A stretch of DNA of 63,996 nt, the filler included, from Octopus bimaculoides (lineage: Eukaryota), in the NCBI RefSeq assembly GCF_001194135.2. It is 10 parts of 9 records of this genome, joined end to end, with 100 filler letters (N's around TTAATTAATTAA, not from the genome) between each part and the next. Parts side by side here need not be neighbours in the genome. Positions count along the whole stretch, not along the records: positions 19,159 to 33,730 come from NC_068992.1; positions 33,831 to 36,659 come from NC_068989.1; positions 36,760 to 43,814 come from NC_068986.1; 7 more parts are not named here. One strand, given 5' to 3'. Under the pieces are notes generated by a model. The model did no database searches. It was given only the letters and a program-made list of their open reading frames with translations, and was not told where the DNA came from. The position numbers and the translations under genes were made by a program. Positions 25,176-37,605 of this stretch are shown here, in pieces (positions within the stretch are counted from its first letter, which is position 1; each line of letters begins with the position of its first letter).

Positions 25176-27140
25176 TGTTGAGTTCTTGACACCTTTAGTA
25201 CCTCTCAGAACGTTCCAACCAGCTGAATTTTAAGAATATCTTTTTGACCAATCCGCATGCCCTTAAACACATTTGAAATCTGATGAGTACACTATGTATG
25301 AAAGCGCTAATTTTGTTAAAATCAGATACAAGTAGGTTACACCTTACATAAACACGCAAACACACAGAGACAGATACTGTCTTTCCAAACGATATATGTA
25401 TATATATATATATTCACTTCCACAGGTATTCAAAACTCCTTTTAAATAAGTTACAAACGACAACAATATACTGTAACACTTTGCCGAAGCAGTAGAAAGG
25501 TAGCAGAAAGAAACGAAGCAACAAAAGAGCCTGTTTATTTCAAGTGACCTGGTTAACAGGTGTGTGTATGAGCAGGTGAAGGCCGAAAGTATGTGTGTAT
25601 ACCTATATAGTAATGCACACACACACATACACACACACACNNNNNNNNNNNNNNNNNNNNNNNNNNNNNNNNNNNNNNNNNNNNNNNNNNNNNNNNNNNN
25701 NNNNNNNNNNNNNNNNNNNNNNNNNNNNNNNNNNNNNNNNNNNNNNNNNNNNNNNNNNNNNNNNNNNNNNNNNNNNNNNNNNNNNNNNNNNNNNNNNNNN
25801 NNNNNNNNNNNNNNNNNNNNNNNNNNNNNNNNNNNNNNNNNNNNNNNNNNNNNNNNNNNNNNNNNNNNNNNNNNNNNNNNNNNNNNNNNNNNNNNNNNNN
25901 NNNNNNNNNNNNNNNNNNNNNNNNNNNNNNNNNNNNNNNNNNNNNNNNNNNNNNNNNNNNNNNNNNNNNNNNNNNNNNNNNNNNNATATATATAATCAAA
26001 ATAAGCAACAAGGATATCCAGAGGTAATACAGAACGATTGTTTCATACAACTCCATTTAATTGAACAATGTAATCATTACATCAAATATAAAATGTAGAG
26101 CAATCTTCAGCATGGATAATACCATACTAAATTCTGGTGCCTAAACTTAAGTACCATATTCACTTGAATCTATCTATCTATCTATATATATATATATATC
26201 TACACACGTAAATAAGTACACATTTGTATTCACATGTTTTATACCCTTTTAAATTTACATATTTGTACCCAAGTATATATTTATGCATCGTTGTTATCAA
26301 TTTGCTTTTGAGGACAGCCATTTTCTCATTGCAGACAAATACCTGAAACACGTTTGATACCATTGATACCAAGGGTCCTCACAACTACCAAAACCTGATA
26401 TTTCGCCCGTCACTAACGGCTATGATGCTCCCCCACTACTCTTCCTTGTGATTAGAGATGGACGTATGATCAACGACCAAGGGACATGCTCAACTGGTTA
26501 AGGTCAGACAACTGACAAGCAAGACTGTGGTATTGAGCAGAGTATTTGCTGTAGCCCATCTTTTATACCAAAACAAAACAATGTTTTATGACAAATGTAA
26601 TATAGAATTTTAACAAGAACCACTTCAACAGTAGCATCTCGGCCCTTGTGCATTTGTTTAAAATGGGTATTCAACACGGCCCAGGTAGATGTGGACATAC
26701 CTTTGAACATAAAGAAAATCAGTATTCAACTGTGGCCGTCTGCTGACGTGCGATATGTATTTTAGGAATGGTAAAGTTGGCTTTTGACAGTGTGAGGTGA
26801 CTAACAAAATTCAAGGTGAAACCATTTCTTTGTGCACTACCATACAGAATTTATAAAAACACTGCCATGTTTGAGAATTTATGGGCAATTGGATTTTTCT
26901 TCAGTCGCATTGTTCTTACCACTTGCAGATCATCCTTGGCTCCTGTTCGGTGCGAGATATTCCAAATAACCAGTGGACGATGGTCAAGGACTTAAAAAAT
27001 GTCTTTAGTAACATCATAAAAACGTGTGGATGTACAAATATACTAAACATAACAGAAAGATGTACCTTAAATAAATGCTGTAAAAGACCAACTCTCATAT
27101 TGCATCATCGTAAATTAGAAGCCAAGTTACAGCTCTGATC

Positions 27141-27207
<67 letters not shown>

Positions 27208-28000
27208 NNNNNNNNNNNNNNNNNNNNNNNNNNNNNNNNNNNNNNNNNNNNNNNNNNNNNNNNNNNNNNNNNNNNNNNNNNNNNNNNNNNNNNNNNNNNN
27301 NNNNNNNNNNNNNNNNNNNNNNNNNNNNNNNNNNNNNNNNNNNNNNNNNNNNNNNNNNNNNNNNNNNNNNNNNNNNNNNNNNNNNNNNNNNNNNNNNNNN
27401 NNNNNNNNNNNNNNNNNNNNNNNNNNNNNNNNNNNNNNNNNNNNNNNNNNNNNNNNNNNNNNNNNNNNNNNNNNNNNNNNNNNNNNNNNNNNNNNNNNNN
27501 NNNNNNNNNNNNNNNNNNNNNNNNNNNNNNNNNNNNNNNNNNNNNNNNNNNNNNNNNNNNNNNNNNNNNNNNNTGCCGTATAAATTAAAGGTAAACCACT
27601 TTTTACCCTCGCCCATTTATTACGCTCAATAGTGTAATTGCCACGCAATAACCAACACTTGTGTATTAATAATTGGGTATATTACCAGTAGTATATTGGA
27701 TAGATACTATCCCTTAGTTGGTTGGATTCACAACCCCTAACTCTCTTTGAATCATATACCGTCCTTGTTTTTGTATACATTCGCTGCTTTCTTCCAAGGA
27801 ATCTAATGCTCTTAGCTTAGTTTTTCCTTGGGGCTGGCAAGGTTGGAGCAATATCGAGAATAACCAACCGAAATTGTAAAGATAACCAAGATCTCGACTC
27901 AGGAAAGAAAACTCCGAATGATCTGCTCTTCTTTTCTTTGTATCGTCTATCTGGATGTCTTGCGTTCTTGTCCCATTTTGTATTTTATATATATATATAT

Positions 28001-28647
28001 GGACGGTCTCTTTATTAAAGTTGGTGAATGCTTCCATAATCCTTGCCTTCAGTTCATCTTTGGTGTTACAAGGAGTTTTGTTGGTCACTCGCTCAACTGC
28101 ATCCCACACAATAATCAAGGAGTTTGCAGTCTGGGGAGTTAGATGTGGAGATGTTAGGGATGATATGGTCGCAGAAATTGTCTCCTGCTTGTATGGCATG
28201 GTGTGGAGTCCTGTTGTCAGACATAGGGTTTTCCATCATCTACCCTCTTGACCCAGGGCACTACCTCCTCCAGACACTTGTGTAGGGCTCCATGTTAAGT
28301 CTGAGACTTTGTGGGAAGATGAATGGATGCATAACGTTGCCATCACTAGTGATCACTCCAAAGACCATGATGTTGACTGGACGTTTGGTTTTTATCATTC
28401 TTGGTACATGCCCTCAGATTGACACCCAAACACTCTGAGATGTTCGCATTGGAGTTTCCGACGCAAATGCCAGTACAGCATTTCATTTCCAAATATCTGG
28501 CAGAGTGAATTGCGTCATGGTGTTGTTTTTCTCACATACAGTGCTCAGCTAACTCTAGTATACTGTGTAGTCGACAAAAAACAAAAAAAAATGTACATGC
28601 GCGAAATTAAAAATATAAAGTGGTGACAATTTACCCATCGTACTCTG
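28001..28647 (-). mobile_element. DD37D/maT-type Tc1-mariner transposon, internally deleted
   Basis: MTQFTLP N-terminus joined directly to KRPVNIMVFGVITSDGNVMHPFIFP; NFCDHIIPNI..NSPDC..LDY; TNKTPCNTKDELKARIMEAF. Terminal repeat gtgacaatttacccatcgtactctg followed by TA. Confidence 0.85.
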
Positions 28648-28657
28648 TATATATATA

Positions 28658-30254
28658 CATTGCGTCCCACATTATTAGGCAAATCAACTTTCTCTCAATA
28701 AATAAATGTATATTCATTCAAAACAAGTTGTTTTCCCACTGACAGTTGGCAATACCTATCTGTGCACATTCTGTTAAAATAAATCGAATCTGCGCAGACG
28801 AAGACAAACGGCGGTCATTATCGTGTAGTAGCAACATTTCTGCTGTCCCAAATCATTAGGCAGATGTCCAATTTAAGTGTCATTATGGGTCAGAAACGTG
28901 ATCTTACCTCGAATGAGAAGTCTGCCATCATGTCAGATCTTAGAAAAGGAAAAACAACCATAGAAATATTAAAAAAAAAACAATGGGAAGAGATCACCGA
29001 ACAGTGAAGAATCTTGTGTAGTCTCCTATTTGNNNNNNNNNNNNNNNNNNNNNNNNNNNNNNNNNNNNNNNNNNNNNNNNNNNNNNNNNNNNNNNNNNNN
29101 NNNNNNTACTTCGTCAAGTGTGAAAAGGGAAGTTGTGCAGAACCCATATCTGACAAGTAGAGAAGTCTTTCAACGTTGTGGCAGGGAAGACATGTCGAAA
29201 ACTACCAGATGTCGCCTCTTGAAGCAGGTAGGCAGGAATGTTAAACCTGTTACAAGTCCCTTCCCCTCTCAAGGCGGTTCATAAGCAGAAGAGACTGAAA
29301 TGGACAGAAGAATACATGAAGATAGATTTTTCAACAGTTCTGTTCACTGACGAATGCTGTGCTACTCTTGACGGACCAGATAGCTGGAGTATAGGTTGGG
29401 TAATAATCAGCGGAAACCGTCCTTATCGTTTGAGACACCAACAGTGGGGATGTGAGGTCATCGTTGTTGGTGTGATGGTCGGGCCATGGAAAATCCCAGA
29501 TGGTATTAAGGTGACACTGAAAACGCATGCTACCTTCTTAAAGGACAATTTCTAACTGTGGTTCAAAAAGCAAAAACTTTCATTCGATACAAAGCTGGTC
29601 TTCATGCAAGATACATGCAAGATACAAGATACAGCAAACAGGCTTCTCTGGAGGTCATTTGATGGAGTGGCCACTTTGTTCCCCTAACTCAAATCTGATC
29701 GAGAACCTGTGGAGTGTCCTGAAGAGGCATGTTTAACAAGACGAACGGTAGTTTTCAAGTAAAATTGCCCTCTGGGATGCTATTTTAGATGCTGATCAAA
29801 GCATGTGACACAAGAGGATATCATCACCTTGACAAATTCAATGGATCAGCGCGTAAGGAAGGTTATTGCATGCGGAGGATCATATATCAAACATTAGGAG
29901 CTGTATGACATCATACTCCCATGATTATTTGCATTCTATGTATTATTATGCTTACCATTAAATCGTTTATTAATGATTTTTTTGTTAAACCTTTTACTGT
30001 TGAATTAAATAAATGTTTGTTCTGACACAATTATCATTTTTATTATACTTGCCTAATAATTTGTGACGGTGAAAATGTTGCCCAATCATAAAAATTGCCG
30101 CCATTTGTTGGTGTCTGCACATATCGGGTTTATTTTAACAGAAAGTGCGCAGAGAGGTGCTACCAACAGTCAGTGGGAAAACAAGTGGTTTTGAACGAAT
30201 ATATATTTATTTATTGAGGGAAGGTTGATTTGCCTAATAATATAGGACGCAGTG
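28658..30254 (+). mobile_element. Tc1 (DD34E) transposon with ~210-bp IR/DR-type terminal inverted repeats; transposase 28885-29897 inactivated
   Basis: MGQKRDLT...; VLFTDEC.ATLDGPD; KLVFMQD; LMEWP.CSP....IENLWS; ends GGSYIKH*. Left TIR cattgcgtcccacattattaggcaaatc... is mirrored at 30045-30254; attaggca recurs at both ends of each TIR. Confidence 0.92.
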
Positions 30255-30670
30255 TGCGTGTGTATATATATGAGTATGTGTGTGTGTGTGTGTCTGTTTG
30301 TACGTATGTTTGTATATTCAAATATCAATTAAAAGCAGCGCATGTGTTGTAAGCAGTATCGAACTCACATACACAGTGTATGTGCTTTGCTAGTTCGGCG
30401 ATCGGCTGCGATCTGACACGGAGGAGTTGATCCTCTCAAAGCGCTGAATGTTAAAACACCTGAAAGTCATATACATAGATAGGAACGATGGGCATCAATG
30501 TTTCGCCACTTTTGTGGCTTAGCAACATCACGTATCTGAACTGAACCGGAGACTAAATCGATTGGCTTGTCCATTTTGGCCCAAGGCCAACAATTTTGAT
30601 GGGAAGGAAGGGCAGTGGATTACACCGCATTTTGCCCGGCCTGCTAACGATTCTGCCAACTTGTCGTTTG

Positions 30671-30680
30671 AATAATAATG

Positions 30681-30760
<80 letters not shown>
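30671..30760. repeat. (TAA)n tract immediately 5' of R4 element
   Basis: Directly visible. Confidence 0.95.
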
Positions 30761-30762
<2 letters not shown>

Positions 30763-33229
30763 GACATCAATGCAGCACCAACAGCAGAAGAAGTGGAAGA
30801 AATTTGGAAAGAAATATGGTCGGCGAAGGAACAACCTCAGAAAAGGTCTATTAAAACAACGAATAACTGTGGACCCCTATAACAACTGAAGAGGTCACCC
30901 AAGCACTGCAAAGACTAAGCAACTGGAAGGTACCTGGGCACGACAAGATCCCCAACTTCTGGTTAAAATATCTGACAGGGACACACAAAAAGCTGGTTGA
31001 AAACTTTAACGACATACTATCAGAGCCAGAGACAATGCCTGAATGGCTCACGAAAGGGAAAACAATCCTAATTCCCACATCCACTGAAACGACAAACCCA
31101 CAAAATTACAGACCAATAACCTGTCTCCCTACAATTTACAAAGCCTTTACAGCAATAATATTGCAGAGGTTGGGCAAGCATCTGGAAGAAAATAACTTGT
31201 TTCCAGAAGAGCAGAAGGGATGCTGCAACGGCTCATACGGCTGTAAAGATCAACTAATGATCAATAAAGCCATAACTGAAAACAGCCACATAAAAAAGAA
31301 AGGCCTCAGTATGGCCTGGATCGACTACCGAAAGGCTTTTGATAGCATTCCCTACACGTGGATCTTCGAAACACTAGCCATGAACAAAGTAGCACCAATA
31401 ATTATAAAATACATAAGACACTCTATGAATAAATGGCAGACAGTGCTACAGCTCCAAACAAAAGAGAAACTAGTGGAAAACCAAAGCCATTCCCATTAGA
31501 AGAGGAATATTCCAAGGAGACACGTTCTCTCCACAACTTTTCTGCTTGGCACTGACACCTTTATCTGACATGCTAAACAGAACTGGATGCGGATACAAAC
31601 GTTACAGCAAAACAATCAGCCACCTCTTATATATGGATGACCTAAAACTATACGCTACAAATGATAAACAGCTGGAAACACTACTAAAGACAGTACATGG
31701 CTTTACCAAGGAAATAGATATGAAGTTTGGCTTAGAAAAATGTGCTAAAGCAACCTTGAAAAGAGGAAAACTAGTTAAGAGTAGCAACATCACACTAGAT
31801 AAAGCCAATCAAATAAGAGAATTAGACCAAAGTAAGACATACAAATACTTAGGAATCAATGAACTAGATACGATGCAACACACACAAATGAAAGAGAAAA
31901 TAAAGAGAAAGAATACTATAGACGAGTTAGTTCAATACTGAAAACAGAGCTCAATGCTAAAAACAAGACAATATGTATCAACACTCTCACCGTCCCAGTT
32001 ATAAGCTGCAGCTACAATATCCTTAACTGGACACTAAATGAACTAACCAAAATAGGCAGGGAAAAAAGAAAAATAATGACAGGATTTAGGATGCACCACA
32101 CAAAATCTGACATAGAAAGATTATATATACAACGTATAGAAGGTGGTAGAGGCTTTATACAGCTAGAAAACTATTACAAAATAACCACCATAAGACTGCA
32201 AAAATACCCACTTCAGAAGCAAGGAAAACTAATACAAATAGCCACAAAACATGAGCAAAACAAAAAACTGTTTTCAGTCTTTAAGGTAGCTGACAGATAC
32301 AATAAAGTCAACAAAAGCTATAAAACAAATGAAATCCAAACTAAAATTAGAACAACAATGGACCTTGATAAAACGATGGCAAGAAAAGCCCCTTCATGGC
32401 AAATACTGGGCTAAACTAAACGCAAAAGAAATAGACAGAGAAAAATCCCAGCAATGGTTGAGAAGCTCAGGACTCAAAGCAGGATTTTTAATTGCAGCAC
32501 AAGACCAAAGTCTTCCTATCAGAAATTACCAAAAACATATAATGAAAAGAAACAAAACAAATAATTGCGGAATATGTGGAGATGGACAAGAAACAATAAA
32601 CCGTATTGTCTCTGGCTGCCCAGTCCTGGCTAAGAAGGAATATATTCACAGACACGACAGAACTGGGACCTACATACACTGGAAGCTATGCTAACACTAT
32701 GGAATAACAACAGAAAAAAGATGTTACAAGCTCACGCCAGAAAAGGTCACAGAAAACGAGAAAGCTACAGTACTATGGGATATGCCAATACACACAGATA
32801 GAGAAATTAAGGCCAATAGACCAGATATAGTTGTCAGAGATCATGAAGGAAAAAAAATGCTTTCTAATTGATGTATCAATACCAGCAGATGACAACGTTT
32901 CTTTAAAAGAAATAGAGAAACTTTCAAAATACAAAGACCTGGAAATAGAGGTAACTTAAATGTAGAATCTAAAAACAGAAAAATTCCTATCATAGTAGTT
33001 GCATTAGGTATGATAAAAAAATATTCAGACAAATACATAACAAAAACACCAGGACTGACAAATATATATAAGATACAGAAAATTGCACTACTGGGCACTG
33101 CACACATCCTACGCAAAACACTTTCAATACAGTAACAATAAGAGTATCACAGCAAACCACAGCACTTACACAAGGCAAACAGAGCTGCGCTCGGTAGTGA
33201 AGTGAAAGCACGTTATAAAAATAAAACTA

Positions 33230-33232
<3 letters not shown>
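30761..33232 (+). mobile_element. 5'-truncated R4/Dong-like non-LTR retrotransposon (RT, CCHC knuckle, PD-(D/E)xK endonuclease, 3' UTR)
   Basis: NWKVPGHDKIPNFWLK; NYRPITCLPTIYK; EQKGC...SYGCKDQL; MAWIDYRKAFDS; RGIFQGD..SP; HLLYMDDLKLY; YKYLG; GGRG; CGICGDGQETINRIVSGCPVLAKKEYIHRHD; ANRPDIV..LIDVSIP; EKLSKYKDL. Several frameshifts and stops. Confidence 0.92.
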
Positions 33233-33321
<89 letters not shown>

Positions 33322-33349
33322 AAACCTAATAATAATAATAATAATAATA
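33233..33349. repeat. (TAA)n tract between two R4-type segments
   Basis: Directly visible; interrupted once by caaacct. Confidence 0.95.
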
Positions 33350-33730
33350 CGAACCTACTTAAACTGGAGACAGAATAATACAAACCTACTTAAACTGGAG
33401 ACAGAAACACCTTGCAGTAAGACCCTACATAGACAGTAATAAACTTGCCAACGTCAGAAGAAACATTATAAAAAAAAAATTACTAACTGAAGTAGAGATT
33501 GACCAAATTAAGCAAGCAGTAAAGGATAAAAAGAATGAAACTGCAGCTAAAGAAGATACTACAGAGGAAATAATTATAAACCAGCCCAAGGCTGATGAAA
33601 ATACAGTAATAATTGAAAGAGTTAAGGTAACTGATAGGCAAAATAAAATACTCTCTGAACCAACCATAAACACTAAGGCAGGTGAAAATCAAATAGATGA
33701 AGAAAGTCATACAGAAATCGACGCAACAGA
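33344..33730 (+). mobile_element. Probable N-terminal ORF region of a second R4-type element, cut by the spacer
   Basis: A-rich coding-like sequence YIDSNKLANVRRNIIKK.LLTEVEIDQIK resembling the R4-clade pre-RT region; same strand as its neighbour. Confidence 0.5.
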
Positions 33731-33830
33731 NNNNNNNNNNNNNNNNNNNNNNNNNNNNNNNNNNNNNNNNNNNNTTAATTAATTAANNNNNNNNNNNNNN
33801 NNNNNNNNNNNNNNNNNNNNNNNNNNNNNN
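33731..33830. other. Artificial scaffolding spacer N44-TTAATTAATTAA-N44
   Basis: 100 bp; linker at 33775-33786. Confidence 0.95.
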
Positions 33831-34870
33831 CGTTCCAGTAGACTGGTTACCGTCGTCGTGGCTGTCGTCGTTGCTTTAGTCGTTGCTCTGGAATGCGGTG
33901 ATACATGTTCTCTGGCATTCGTTACTCTCGAGAGGCCATGGATCTGCACCTGGAAAAATTCTTGCTTTGGTCTTGTTGGCAGAATAACGTCTCTTGCAGT
34001 TGTAAGGTTCCACTTAGGTGCTAAATGCTTGAAAGGGGTTGACGGCGTCGATGCTGATGATGATGTGGATGTTGGTGTTGATGATGATGATGATGATGGT
34101 AGGGACGGTGGCGTGGCCGATAGCAGGGCTTGTGCTGTCACCGTAGATAATGTTTGCAGAGGTAGGAGGGATCAGTGCGTGATGCTAACATGTGACATCT
34201 GTGATGGTTAAAGGTTAAAGGGGAGAGAAGCTATGTGGAAGGTACAAAGTGTAGAGAGGGGCGAGATTTGAGCAATTGCCAAATGAGTAACGGCACCAGA
34301 GGAGCCTATATGCTACCGGTCAAACGGCTAGAAATGGTAGCAAAATTATCTCAAATTACAGTAATGCTTCGATATACTAATTAATTTGTTCCCGGAAACG
34401 CTCGTAAAGCAGAGCAATAAATTCCCATAGTAACAGTGTTATAAATGTTAATACGTTTCCAGAAAAATATTCTAACTGTAAAATTTATAATACTCATAAA
34501 TAAATGGCAATAAAACAACAGTTGATTGTAAAGAATATTTTAGGTAAAGTAAACTGAATGTTAAGATCATTTGTAATGATAAAATATTATTATAATCGTT
34601 TTCTGAATCACTTTCACTCGTACTAGACTCGCGCACTCCATCACTTGTAGACGCGATCACCGATGCACAAGCACTCGTAGACAGACTTGTAGATTTCTTT
34701 AAAAAAAAACAAGTCTCAGTTTAGTTGTAAAATCTAAAGATGAGATCAGAGTAGTAACTATACTAAAAAGTAAAGCTAGTCGCCACATCAAAGGGGCTGT
34801 TCTATGTTATTATTAGTTTAGACCCCAGGTAGATTATCCACCAGCTGGTTATCGGTGCGACTCTGCACCG

Positions 34871-35064
34871 TTTATACTCTGTTACTTGTTTCAGTGATTT
34901 GACTGCGGCCATGCTGGAACACCACCTTTAGTCGAGAAAATCGACCCCAGGACTTATTCTTTGTAAGCCTAGTACTTATTCTATCGGACACTTTTGCCGA
35001 ACTACTAAGTTACGGGGACGTAGACACACCATCATCGATTCTTAAGCGATGTTGGGGGGACAAA

Positions 35065-35116
<52 letters not shown>

Positions 35117-36009
35117 NNNNNNNNNNNNNNNNNNNNNNNNNNNNNNNNNNNNNNNNNNNNNNNNNNNNNNNNNNNNNNNNNNNNNNNNNNNNNNNNNNNN
35201 NNNNNNNNNNNNNNNNNNNNNNNNNNNNNNNNNNNNNNNNNNNNNNNNNNNNNNNNNNNNNNNNNNNNNNNNNNNNNNNNNNNNNNNNNNNNNNNNNNNN
35301 NNNNNNNNNNNNNNNNNNNNNNNNNNNNNNNNNNNNNNNNNNNNNNNNNNNNNNNNNNNNNNNNNNNNNNNNNNNNNNNNNNNNNNNNNNNNNNNNNNNN
35401 NNNNNNNNNNNNNNNNNNNNNNNNNNNNNNNNNNNNNNNNNNNNNNNNNNNNNNNNNNNNNNNNNNNNNNNNNNNNNNNNNNNNNNNNNNNNNNNNNNNN
35501 NNNNNNNNNNNNNNNNNNNNNNNNNNNNNNNNNNNNNNNNNNNNNNNNNNNNNNNNNNNNNNNNNNNNNNNNNNNNNNNNNNNNNNNNNNNNNNNNNNNN
35601 NNNNNNNNNNNNNNNNNNNNNNNNNNNNNNNNNNNNNNNNNNNNNNNNNNNNNNNNNNNNNNNNNNNNNNNNNNNNNNNNNNNNNNNNNNNNNNNNNNNN
35701 NNNNNNNNNNNNNNNNNNNNNNNNNNNNNNNNNNNNNNNNNNNNNNNNNNNNNNNNNNNNNNNNNNNNNNNNNNNNNNNNNNNNNNNNNNNNNNNNNNNN
35801 NNNNNNNNNNNNNNNNNNNNNNNNNNNNNNNNNNNNNNNNNNNNNNNNNNNNNNNNNNNNNNNNNNNNNNNNNNNNNNNNNNNNNNNNNNNNNNNNNNNN
35901 NNNNNNNNNNNNNNNNNNNNNNNNNNNNNNNNNNNNNNNNNNNNNNNNNNNNNNNNNNNNNNNNNNNNNNNNNNNNNNNNNNNNNNNNNNNNNNNNNNNN
36001 NNNNNNNNN

Positions 36010-36055
<46 letters not shown>

Positions 36056-36190
36056 CGATCTTCTTTCAGTTTCCGTCTAGCAAATCCACTGACAAGGTTT
36101 TGATCGGCCCTAGGCTATAGTAGAAGACGCTTGTTCAAGCTGTCTCACTGTGGGTTTGAACCGAAAACCATATGGGTGGGATACAATCTT
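34871..36190 (-). mobile_element. Full-length SINE family B split by an expanded internal (TA)n/(TG)n microsatellite and an 893-N gap
   Basis: 5' half at 36052-36190 matches 18850-19003; 3' half at 34871-35068 matches 8975-9235; same orientation; microsatellite on both sides of the gap at 35117-36009. Confidence 0.8.
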
Positions 36191-36659
36191 ATATATATGT
36201 ATATTCACAGAGACACCCCACCACACACATATATATAATTGTAGGTATGCATGTTTTTTTTTATGGTGGTAATATTCCTATAAATGGATGTAACTGCGAA
36301 GGAGAAATAGAATACGACAGGCAAAAGAGCACTAAAGAATAGTTTATTGGAAAGTAGGGTAAGCAGAAAGGGTTGAAAATAATAACGTAATGAAATTGTC
36401 AAGAGGAAAAAAAATATGCACAAATAAGAAGAGGGCTGAGAGGATTTAGGTGAGAAAAAAATTACTACACGTGATGAGAGATTGTTACAGAGACAGGACT
36501 GTCTCGTATTAGGGCACTAGAAAAGAAAAGAATGCAATGGGAGGGTAGGGGTTTATGAAGGAGGTGATATATTAAACACATGCCTGAGTGAATGAAAGCA
36601 GGAGGTGATAAAATAGAAAAGACTAGCTTTACTAATATATCTACATATATATATATATA

Positions 36660-36759
36660 NNNNNNNNNNNNNNNNNNNNNNNNNNNNNNNNNNNNNNNNN
36701 NNNTTAATTAATTAANNNNNNNNNNNNNNNNNNNNNNNNNNNNNNNNNNNNNNNNNNNN
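36660..36759. other. Artificial scaffolding spacer N44-TTAATTAATTAA-N44
   Basis: 100 bp; linker at 36704-36715. Confidence 0.95.
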
Positions 36760-37029
36760 GTACATATAGATACATAACTGGGTACATGACGTGGCAAAAG
36801 AACAAGGACAAAATGGTAAACAAGGTGCAACAAACAAGCAGGCCACATAGAAACATCCTCTTCATCAGCTGCCACCATTAAAACTCCGGCGTTTCGAAGA
36901 ATTAAGGCAGTACGCATCGTTAAAATGGTTCTTCCCACGAACACAAATTAAATTGTTTTCGTGGAGGGTAGTGGCGGACGGAAAACAAGACAGGATATGA
37001 ACATAAATGAATATTTTAATTTTCATATT

Positions 37030-37605
37030 ATACAGAGTATGACCACTTCCTGTACATACACCTTAGCACCATCGTGGCGTCTGATGTGACTTTTTAAACC
37101 AAACAATGTTCTGAAAAAACACGCACATAGATTGCACGTCTGATTTGGACCACCAATACCTGCAGATAATTTCTGCTCTTTGGGAATCTTAACATGTCTT
37201 TTGAGGCCTCTGCTGGATTTGCAAACCTTCTGGCATACGCTACATTCAAAGGTGTTCACAGACATATAGTCAGAATAGTTGGTGGAGATTCATTTTCCAT
37301 GCGTTCACAGATGAGATTTAAGGCCAGCCAAAGAGAGGCATGGTCTGTCACAGACTGTGCGCAATAAAGGTCATTGTTATTCATCTTCTCGATCGTTACA
37401 TCCTTCCTTAGATCTCTTTTGAGCCTTACTTGCGTTATCCTGGCCTTTTCAAATGCTTTTACTCCACTCCACATATTTGTTCGGCATCCAACTCGATCCG
37501 AAGCAAGGGTTTCTTTATCTTCTGGAACCATTCCAAGTGACTTCATATACCAAGATGGATTTTTATGTATTCTTCTTCCCACTTGGATTTTAAAAGTTGC
37601 CACAA
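37030..37605 (-). mobile_element. RTE-clade LINE 3' end with two C2H2-type zinc fingers
   Basis: KSLGMVPEDKETLASDRVG.R..MWSGVKAFEKARI...KRDLRK (RTE C-terminal motif), then CSVCQKVCKSSRGLKRH and CNLCACFFRTLFGLKSHIRRH. Confidence 0.75.

Noticed and set aside
33314-33410. CRISPR-like repeat-spacer pattern (also 44476-44660)
   Set aside because: Eukaryotic context, only 2-3 units, no regular unique spacers, no cas genes; explained by local duplication.
36840-36930. Possible type II hammerhead on the minus strand (cttc-GAAAC-GCC...CTGATGA-agagga)
   Set aside because: Helix II can be drawn, but the cleavage triplet is GCC and no helix I pairs.
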